From contig MCFE01000139.1 of NCBI GenBank assembly GCA_002104905.1, positions 93,455 to 157,454 of the forward strand: 64,000 bases of DNA, written 5' to 3'. The DNA comes from Basidiobolus meristosporus CBS 931.73 (taxonomy: Eukaryota; Fungi; Basidiobolomycota). The notes under the pieces are model-generated. The model did not search any database. It saw only the letters and a list, made by a program, of their open reading frames with translations, and was not told the DNA's origin. Both the position numbers and the translations under genes were made by a program. Positions within the stretch are counted from its first letter, which is position 1; every line of letters begins with the position of its first letter. This document shows positions 56,230 through 63,570 of this stretch, in pieces.

Positions 56230-57639
56230 GGGGGGAGACAGTCACCAACAGGTGAAATTTTTATTTCAGTTGAAACAAAGAAGCCAGCAATACTGTTGTA
56301 GCTTTGATACAAGAGTGTGTAGCTGAGGGGAATTTGTAGGTAAGTTAATAAGAAGTCATGATAGTTCTTCAGTGCTCAAGACACTGTTCAGTGGGAAGGG
56401 GGGTAGCAAGAGAGGTAAGAATGACTTGTGAACAACATTAATGAGGGGAATGTGATAAGGATTGATATTCATCATAAAGGGAGTGTGCTGCTGCAGATAT
56501 TGCTGCCAAAGGTCTGTCAAGTACTTCAGGTAGGCCAGCTTGGGTTTTTCTGACTGCAGAATATAGTGAGCAAACTTCTTGACTTCTGGATCTCCAAGTA
56601 GAGTTCTCCAGCAGGAGTCAGGTGTAGTGTGGTGTGTTCTCTTCCAGGCCTTAATCAGTGGGTTGTTGCAGTTGTGAAGTCTGAGGTATAATCTGGTTCT
56701 AAGGTAGAGAAGTCTGATCTTATAGGGCATAAACCCAAAAGCACCAAGAATAGCATGTCTGTAGGGGCATTCAGGCAAATGAGGCACCAAGGAGGTAATG
56801 CACCATACTGCAAACTTGTCAAGCTTAGTGCAGTCTCTAGAAGTAAGAGAGAGATGTGGTAAGCCAAATTCCAGGACAGGGAAGACAAACTGCTTGAGTA
56901 GAAGAAGGCAGCTGGGAGCTGAAGTTGTAGGAGGAGTAACAGTCAGTAGCTTGTGGAGTGCCTGTCTTGCCAGGATAATTCTCTTCTTCAGGTGTGCTCC
57001 AGAGTCTAGTCCAGTAGGAAAGAAAGGAAAGCCAAGATATGTAGCAGAAACCTGAGCAGGTAGAGTGGAGTTCTCCAAGTTGATGGGAGAGCCCAAAGGT
57101 ACTGTCTTTGCAATGGAAAGCTGGAGATTATTCTTCTGCAGATACTGGTGGATGGTCTGAGAGTCTTGTTGCACATTGGAGGAGGATATTCTGATGTCAT
57201 CAGCAAAGAGAGTAACCAGGCAGTCAGCTGAGAGTCTTGGGAAATCATTCAGGAAGATGGCAAACAGTATAGGACCAAGCACAGAGCCTTGAACCATCCC
57301 ATTAGGAACTGAGAACACAGCTAATTGCTCACTTGGGTGCAGAATTCTTGCTTGTGGATCCAGAAACAGAGACCTGACAAGGAGGGTGAGAGAGGTACTG
57401 GAGAAGCATTGCAACTTGGACCAAAGCAGATTTCTGTCAACTGAATCAAAGGCCTTAGTAATATCAAACAGAACAGAGGGATACTTGCACTGGAGAGAGT
57501 GATCTTGGCTAAGTATGACTGCATATTCCAAGGAGAGGCCAGGAACAAAGCCAAACTGTGCAGGATGAAACTTGAGGGAGTCAGAGTAGAGCTCCTGAGC
57601 AAGCAGAAGCTCAAACACCTTTCTGCAGGTGGGCAGCAG
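56230..57639 (-). mobile_element. Class A telomeric LINE, 5'-truncated copy (A1)
   Basis: RT C-terminal half near-identical to 59552-60961; premature TGA at 56356-56358. Confidence 0.92.
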
Positions 57640-57650
57640 GGTTAGGGTTA

Positions 57651-58172
57651 GGGGGGAGGAAAGTCACCAAGTGGTGAAATCTTTATTTACTTATGACAAG
57701 TATCCAAAGAAGCCATGTTAATCTGAAGTAATTCCTAGAGAGCTAGGTCTGAGAGATATCTTCCTGGTAAGCCAGGTCTGAGAGTTGAGAAGCTGAGTGG
57801 TACTGTATTTCCTAGTTAGCTAGGTCTGAGAGAGGTTTCCTGGAAAGCCAGGCCTGAGAAGTGAGAATCTGAGTATATCTGAGGTGAGTTGTACTGATTT
57901 GCGGTAGCTTGTTTGTGGCCAGAATGGCCAGTAGACTGGGGAAACTGAGCGGTATTCCTGGGCGATCACTGGCCAAATTTACTAGGCAAATCTGACCAAT
58001 TAGCATTTCAAGGATTTCAGCCAATCAGAGCCTTTACTTTGCCCAATGGTTGATCAAGCCATCTCCCAATGAGCACACATCAATTTATTAATCAAATTTT
58101 GCTGGATCCAGGATTTGAACCCACAACCATGGGTATGGAAGGGTTAGGGATAACCACAAGGCTAAGTGTTCT
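57651..58172 (-). mobile_element. Class C tRNA-derived SINE-like element, apparently full length (C1, ~520 bp)
   Basis: Minus-strand head GAACACT-TAGCCTTGTGG (A box)...GGTTCAAATCC (B box) at tRNA-like spacing; 3' end shared with classes A and B. Confidence 0.8.
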
Positions 58173-58178
58173 TGGTTA

Positions 58179-58692
58179 GGGGGAGACAGTCACCAACAGG
58201 TGAAATCTTTATTTCAGTTGAAGCAAAGAAGCCAGCGCTACTGTTGTAGCTTTGATACAAGAGTGTGTAGCTGAGGGGAATTTGTAGGTAAGTTAATAAG
58301 AAGTGATGATAGTTCTTCAGTGCTCAAGACACTGTTCAGTGGGAAGGGGGGTAGCAAGAGAGGTAAGAATGACTTGTGAACAACATTAATGAGGGGAATG
58401 TGATAAGGATTGATATTCATCATAAAGGGAGTGTGCTGCTGCAGATATTGCTGCCAAAGGTCTGTCAAGTACTTCAGGTAGGCCAGCTTGGGTTTTTCTG
58501 ACTGCAGAATATAGTGAGCAAACTTCTTGACTTCAGGATCTCCAAGTATAGTTCTCCAGCAGGAGCCAGGTGTTGTGTGGTGTGTTCTCTTCCATGCCTT
58601 AATCAGTGGGTTGTTGCAGTTGTGAAGTCTGAGGTATAATCTGGTTCTAAGGTAGAGAAGTCTGATCTTAAAGGGCATAAACCCAAAAGCAC
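58179..58692 (-). mobile_element. Class A telomeric LINE, short 3' fragment (A2)
   Basis: Matches 59552-60066; truncated at AAAGCAC, followed by TTAGGGTTAG. Confidence 0.92.
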
Positions 58693-58701
58693 TTAGGGTT
58701 A

Positions 58702-58922
58702 GGGGGGGGGGAGGAAAGTCACCAAGTGGTGAAATCTTTATTTACTTATGACAAGTATATAAGAAGCCAAGTTAATCTGAAGTTATTCCTAGAAAGCTAG
58801 GTCTGAGAGAGGTTTCCTGGAAAGCCAGGCCTGAGATGTGAGAATCTGAATATATCTGAGCTAAGTTATACTGGTTTGCGGTAGCTGAATTGTGGCCGGA
58901 ATGGCCAGTAGACTGGGGGAAC
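58702..58922 (-). mobile_element. Class C SINE-like element, 5'-truncated variant with two internal hairpin units (C2)
   Basis: Homologous to C1 but lacks two of the four CCT(A/G)G-N4-C(T/C)AGG units. Confidence 0.88.
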
Positions 58923-58931
58923 TTAGGGTTA

Positions 58932-59436
58932 GGGGAGGAAAGTCACCAAGTGGTGAAATCTTTATTTACTTATGACAAGTATTTAAAGAAGCCAAGTTAA
59001 TCTGAAGTAATTCCTAGAAAGCTAGGTCTGAGAGATATCTTCCTGGTAAGCCAGGTCTGAGAGTTGAGAAGCTGAGTGGTACTATATTTCCTAGTTAGCT
59101 AGGTCTGAGAGAGGTTTCCTGGAAAGCCAGGCCTGAGAAGTGAGAATCTGAGTATATCTGAGGTGAGTTGTACTGATTTGCGGTAGCTTGTTTGTGGCCA
59201 GAATGGCCAGTAGACTGGGGGAACTGAGGGGTATTTCTGGGCGATCACTGGCCAAATTTACTAGGCAAATTTGACCAATTAGCATTTCAAGGATTTCAGC
59301 CAATCAGAGCCTTTACTTTGCCCGATGGTTGATCAAGCCATCTCCCAATGAGCACACATCAATTTATTGATCAAATTTTGTTGGATCCAGGATTTGAACC
59401 CACAACCATGGGTATGGAAGGGTTAGGGATAACCAC
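58932..59436 (-). mobile_element. Class C SINE-like element lacking about 14 nt at the 5' end (C3)
   Basis: Near-identical to C1; retains the B box and the CCCTAACCC motif. Confidence 0.88.
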
Positions 59437-59445
59437 TTAGGGTTA

Positions 59446-59551
59446 GGGGGGAGGAAAGTCACCAAGTGGTGAAATCTTTATTTACTTATGACAAGTATCT
59501 AAAGAAGCCAAGTTAATCTGAAGTAATTCCTAGAAAGCTAGGTCTGAGAGA
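59446..59551 (-). mobile_element. Class C SINE-like element, short 3' fragment (C4)
   Basis: 3' 105 bp of class C; abuts the G-run of A3 with no TTAG spacer. Confidence 0.85.
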
Positions 59552-59611
59552 GGGGGGGAGATAGTCACCAACAGGTGAAATCTTTATTCAGTTGAAACAA
59601 AGAAGCCAGCG

Positions 59612-62365
59612 CTACTGTTGTAGCTTTGATACAAGAGTGTGTAGCTGAGGGGAATTTGTAGGTAAGTTAATAAGCAGTGATGATAGTTCTTCAGTGCTCA
59701 AGACACTGTTCAGTGGGAAGGGGGGTAGCAAGAGAGGTAAGAATGACTTGTGAACAACACTAATGAGGGGAATGTGATAAGGATTGATATTCATCATAAA
59801 GGGAGTGTGCTGCTGCAGATATTGCTGCCAAAGGTCTGTCAAGTACTTCAGGTAGGCCAGCTTGGGTTTTTCTGACTGCAGAATATAGTGAGCAAGCTTC
59901 TTGACTTCAGGATCTCCAAGTATAGTTCTCCAGCAGGAGTCAGGTGTTGTGTGGTGTGTTCTCTTCCAGGCCTTAATCAGTGGGTTGTTGCAGTTGTGAA
60001 GTCTGAGGTATAATCTGGTTCTAAGGTAGAGAAGTCTGATCTTATAGGGCATAAACCCAAAAGCACCAAGAATAGCATGTCTGTAGGGGCATTCAGGCAA
60101 ATGAGGCACCAAGGAGGTAATGCACCATACTGCAAACTTGTCAAGCTTAGTGCAGTCTCTAGAAGTAAGAGAGAGAAGTGGTAAGCCAAATTCCAGGACA
60201 GGGAAGACAAACTGCTTGAGTAGAAGGAGGCAGCTGGGAGCTGAAGTTGTAGGAGGAGTAACAGCCAGTAGCTTGTGGAGTGCCTGTCTTGCCAGGATAA
60301 TTCTCTTCTTCAGGTGTGCTCCAGAGTCTAGTCCAGTAGGAAGGAAAGGAAAGCCAAGATATGTAGCAGAAACCTGAGCAGGTAGAGTGGAGTTCTCCAA
60401 GTTGATGGGAGAGCCCAAAGGTACTGTCTTTGCAATGGAAAGCTGGAGATTATTCTTCTGCAGATACTGGTGGATGGTCTGGGAGTCTTGTTGCACATTG
60501 GAGGAGGATATTCTGATGTCATCAGCAAAGAGAGTAACCAGGCAGTCAGCTGAGAGTCTTGGGAAATCATTCAGGAAGATGGCAAACAGTATAGGACCAA
60601 GCACAGAGCCTTGAACCACACCATTAGGAACTGAGAAAACAGCTGATTGCTCACTTGGGTGCAGAATTCTTGCTTGTGGATCCAGAAACAGAGACCTGAC
60701 AAGGAGGGTGAGAGAGGTACTGGAGAAGCATTGCAACTTGGACCAAAGCAGATTTCTGTCAACTGAATCAAAGGCCTTAGTAATATCAAACAGAACAGAG
60801 GGATACTTGCACTGGAGAGAGTGATCTTGGCTAAGTATGACTGCATATTCCAAGGAGAGGCCAGGAACAAAGCCAAACTGTGCAGGATGAAACTTGAGGG
60901 AGTCAGAGGAGAGCTCCTGAGCAAGCAGAAGCTCAAACACCTTTCTGCAGGTGGGCAGCAGAGATATTGGCCTGTAGGAGCTAGGATCCAGGTGCTTTCC
61001 TTTACCCTTGTACAGTGGCAGAACATTTGCAAAGGACCATTCCTCAGGAGTAGAAAGCTGGGCTGAGCATTGCTGAAACAGTGGAAGCAGAAGTGCAGAC
61101 ATGGCCTTGGTACTAGTCTTCAGAAGCTCATAGGAGATTGTGTCCACACCTGGAGCAGTAGAGTTGGGAAGCCTCTTGAGCACATTATGGATTCTCCTTT
61201 GATCAAGTGCAAGTGGGATGGGCAGAGTCTTGAAGTCAGGATGAAAGCCAGGAGTTGAGTACTGCTTTGTAGAGAAGAAGATGTTAGCCAGCTGTTCTGT
61301 TGAAGGTAACTTCCTGGAAGAGGGCCTCATTGCCCTGTAGAGTCTTGATACTGTTCTTGTTATAGAGTTGGAAGATTGCAGAGGCAAGGAACTCATAATA
61401 TGATCCCAGAGCTGAGTATGCAGAGTGTGGTGAATTGCCTTGGAGTGGTGTATTGCTGTCAGGAGGAGTTTCTCTGTTTTTGGGTTAGGGAAGCTCAGGT
61501 AGCTTTGTTGCAGGGCTGAAACAATGGATTCCCATTTTCTTGAGGTAACAGCAGTAGTCTTGCATGGCAGTGAGAGGGAGGCAGACACCAGAATAAGATG
61601 CTTCACAAAGAGCCAGGCAAAGTTGAGATCATCTGGCAGAGAAAGTAGCAAACTGGCAAGCTTCAAGTAGTTCCCAAAGTCTTTCTTCTGATTCTTGGTA
61701 GCTTTGTGGGTGAGCACAGTAAGTTTTGGCAGCTTCTTCTTCACAACTGGTTGCATAGAAAGGGACCAGGCTGGGTGGTCAGAGGCTCTCAAGGATCCTA
61801 GCTCAGCTCCAGAGAATTGCTTAACTTCATTCACAAAGTAGAGGGCAGCAGCAGAAGGGCAGATCCAGTCAACACATCTTTTCTCAGATTGAGCACCTAG
61901 TGCTAGCAGGTGGCTTTCTCTCAGGAAGTTCAGTAGGAATGTAGACCTTGGCTTCATTCTTGCCGTCAGAGTAGTCTTGTTCTCAGGATGGGGAATGTTG
62001 AGATCTCCAAGCAAGATAACAGGTGTTGATATAGACTGTTGGTATTGCTGAACCTTCTGGCATATAACTTGCACTTCCTGAAGGGCTAGACTTGGAGGCA
62101 GATAGCAGAGCACCAGACTGATAGTTGGCAACTGGAGAGCAGCACAGTAAGGGGAGTAAAGAGGAACACAGAGCTGAGGAGTATTGATGGTAGAAGAGAT
62201 GAAGCAGATAGAGGAGGTATTCTTTGTTCTAGGAGTAGAAAAGCAATATAGATTAGTCAAAAGTATAGAGGGTAGCTGGACATCAATCAAACACAGGAGG
62301 GAAAATCTTGAAAGAAGTCTCTCTAGAGTTGGTCTTGATGGCTGTATGCTGTTGCAGTTAAGCAA
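59612..62365 (-). CDS. LINE ORF2: APE-type endonuclease + reverse transcriptase (~917 aa, intact, no AUG before the GDLN motif)
   Basis: Endonuclease: LNCNS, CYLPP, GDLN, VDWI, SDH. RT: APGVDTI, YRPISLL, QFGF, DITKAFDSV, GVVQGSVLGPILF, FADDI, YLGF. Confidence 0.95.
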   Translation of the reverse strand: MLNCNSIQPSRPTLERLLSRFSLLCLIDVQLPSILLTNLYCFSTPRTKNTSSICFISSTINTPQLCVPLYSPYCAALQLPTISLVLCYLPPSLALQEVQVICQKVQQYQQSISTPVILLGDLNIPHPENKTTLTARMKPRSTFLLNFLRESHLLALGAQSEKRCVDWICPSAAALYFVNEVKQFSGAELGSLRASDHPAWSLSMQPVVKKKLPKLTVLTHKATKNQKKDFGNYLKLASLLLSLPDDLNFAWLFVKHLILVSASLSLPCKTTAVTSRKWESIVSALQQSYLSFPNPKTEKLLLTAIHHSKAIHHTLHTQLWDHIMSSLPLQSSNSITRTVSRLYRAMRPSSRKLPSTEQLANIFFSTKQYSTPGFHPDFKTLPIPLALDQRRIHNVLKRLPNSTAPGVDTISYELLKTSTKAMSALLLPLFQQCSAQLSTPEEWSFANVLPLYKGKGKHLDPSSYRPISLLPTCRKVFELLLAQELSSDSLKFHPAQFGFVPGLSLEYAVILSQDHSLQCKYPSVLFDITKAFDSVDRNLLWSKLQCFSSTSLTLLVRSLFLDPQARILHPSEQSAVFSVPNGVVQGSVLGPILFAIFLNDFPRLSADCLVTLFADDIRISSSNVQQDSQTIHQYLQKNNLQLSIAKTVPLGSPINLENSTLPAQVSATYLGFPFLPTGLDSGAHLKKRIILARQALHKLLAVTPPTTSAPSCLLLLKQFVFPVLEFGLPLLSLTSRDCTKLDKFAVWCITSLVPHLPECPYRHAILGAFGFMPYKIRLLYLRTRLYLRLHNCNNPLIKAWKRTHHTTPDSCWRTILGDPEVKKLAHYILQSEKPKLAYLKYLTDLWQQYLQQHTPFMMNINPYHIPLISVVHKSFLPLLLPPFPLNSVLSTEELSSLLINLPTNSPQLHTLVSKLQQ

Positions 62366-62380
62366 CAGAACTTCAGGTAG

Positions 62381-62668
62381 TCAGGCAGAGGTTGTAGCTT
62401 CTTCAGAGGCAGCATTAACAATGTGACCTGCAGAGTCCCAGAGCTCTTCAAATGGTGCATCACCTAAGTCAGCAAGGAGGGAAATGGCATGGTTCTTGAG
62501 GAAGTATGCCACATCATAGGAGGGGGCTTGTCTCTTGATGGCAGCAAAGAAAGACAGAATGGCAACATGGGCTGGAGGCTTGTTGAACAGTAGAGAGTCA
62601 GAGGATTCAGATTCTTCAGGCACTATCTTGAAGTCAGTTTTCAGCCAGTTAAGGTTCTTCTCCACAAA
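62381..62668 (-). CDS. C-terminal ~95 aa of class A ORF1 (5'-truncated by the telomeric spacer)
   Basis: Open up to the TAA contributed by the CCCTAA spacer; no AUG; aligns to the C-terminus of the class B protein. Confidence 0.75.
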   Translation of the reverse strand, partial: FVEKNLNWLKTDFKIVPEESESSDSLLFNKPPAHVAILSFFAAIKRQAPSYDVAYFLKNHAISLLADLGDAPFEELWDSAGHIVNAASEEATTSA

Positions 62669-62800
62669 GGGTTAGGGGAGGGAAAGTCACCAAAGTAGGT
62701 GAAATCTTTATTTGATTTCAGACAAGTCTAACTACAAATAAAGAAGCCAGCTGGGAATAGAAGATTCCCAAAGTAAACACTAAGTTGAATATGAATAAAT

Positions 62801-63529
62801 CTAAGCTAAAGTTAAGGCAGTATCCCAGAGTACACTGGAGTTCAGGTTCATGGGGGAGTGAAGTAGATAAGCTTGAGAGATATAATAATCTTTGAGGAAG
62901 TGGGTAACAGCAGGTGAAGGGGAGTTTTTGATAAGTGAAGTGAATCTTGAGATCAGAGATTCCTCTAATGAGAAGGTCTTGTAAACTGGAGAATCAGGAA
63001 ACTCTTTGAAGGCATGGTCAGTAGGTTCCCAGTAAAACTGGTCAGAGACATTTTGAGAGAATTGATTAGCAATACTTTTGTCAAGTACTACCTCCAGAGT
63101 GTGATGGTTGATAAATCTCATGTTAACAATCTTGGATAAATTGTAACCTTGTTGCTTGAGATACATCCTATGCTCAGATATAGGAATAAACTCTACATTG
63201 GCAAAGTAGCAGACAGCCCAGTCAGTAGCAGGAGGCAAATCAGAAGTGGCAGGAAACTTTCTTTTGGTCTTGGGAGGAGCAGCAGGATGTCTTGAGGAAG
63301 CAGGAACAGACTTTTTGACAACTTCAGAGTAGGAAGAGTGAGCAGGAGCAGATGATTCTTGGGGAGTCTTGTTGGCAGGAAGAGTTGGCACAGGGACAAT
63401 AGATTCTTGCAGATCAGAGAAGGCAGAAAAGAGCTTTTGAACTTGTTTCTTGAGTAGAGCATTTTCAGCTTCAACAAGTGCAAGCCTTTCCTCAAGGAAA
63501 GAAATCTGAAGGGAATGGAGTGAAGGCAT
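62801..63529 (-). CDS. ORF1/Gag-like protein (242 aa from ATG 63529): N-terminal coiled coil, Pro/Ser linker with SYSEVVKK, C-terminal domain
   Basis: LEERLALVEAENALLKKQVQKL heptads; SYSEV motif as seen in many LINE ORF1 proteins; C-terminus homologous to class A ORF1. Confidence 0.75.
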   Translation of the reverse strand: MPSLHSLQISFLEERLALVEAENALLKKQVQKLFSAFSDLQESIVPVPTLPANKTPQESSAPAHSSYSEVVKKSVPASSRHPAAPPKTKRKFPATSDLPPATDWAVCYFANVEFIPISEHRMYLKQQGYNLSKIVNMRFINHHTLEVVLDKSIANQFSQNVSDQFYWEPTDHAFKEFPDSPVYKTFSLEESLISRFTSLIKNSPSPAVTHFLKDYYISQAYLLHSPMNLNSSVLWDTALTLA

Positions 63530-63570
63530 AAGAAATAAGAAGAAGAGGGTAAGATGGGGTGGGTGGGTGG

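Larger units (their letters stand above)
59552..62668 (-). mobile_element. Class A telomeric non-LTR retrotransposon, longest copy (A3, 3.1 kb, 5'-truncated within ORF1)
   Basis: ORF1 C-terminus, in-frame UGA, APE-RT ORF2 and 3' double hairpin; flanked distally by GGGTTAGGG. Confidence 0.93.

Noticed and set aside
57734-57900. Hammerhead ribozyme in the CTGAGA/hairpin repeats
   Set aside because: No CUGANGA core with a correctly placed GAAA on either strand by eye; the repeats read CTGAGAG/CTGAGAA.
57812-58024. 70-aa ORF in class C (repeated at 59091-59303)
   Set aside because: Non-AUG start call, no recognisable domain, and conservation is explained by recent duplication; the C2 variant deletes part of it.
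58101-58172. Functional tRNA gene
   Set aside because: A and B boxes are present, but the acceptor stem does not pair, the T stem is weak and there is no canonical anticodon arm; treated as a tRNA-derived head.
61482-61490. Internal GGGTTAGGG within class A ORF2
   Set aside because: Lies in frame (FPNP) with no junction or G-run; a single 9-mer in 3 kb can arise by chance.
59612-62365. Penelope/Athena-like or telomerase-like RT, given the telomeric location
   Set aside because: The motifs (YRPISLL, QFGF, KAFDSV, QGSVLGP, FADD) and an N-terminal APE domain are those of a LINE-type ORF2.
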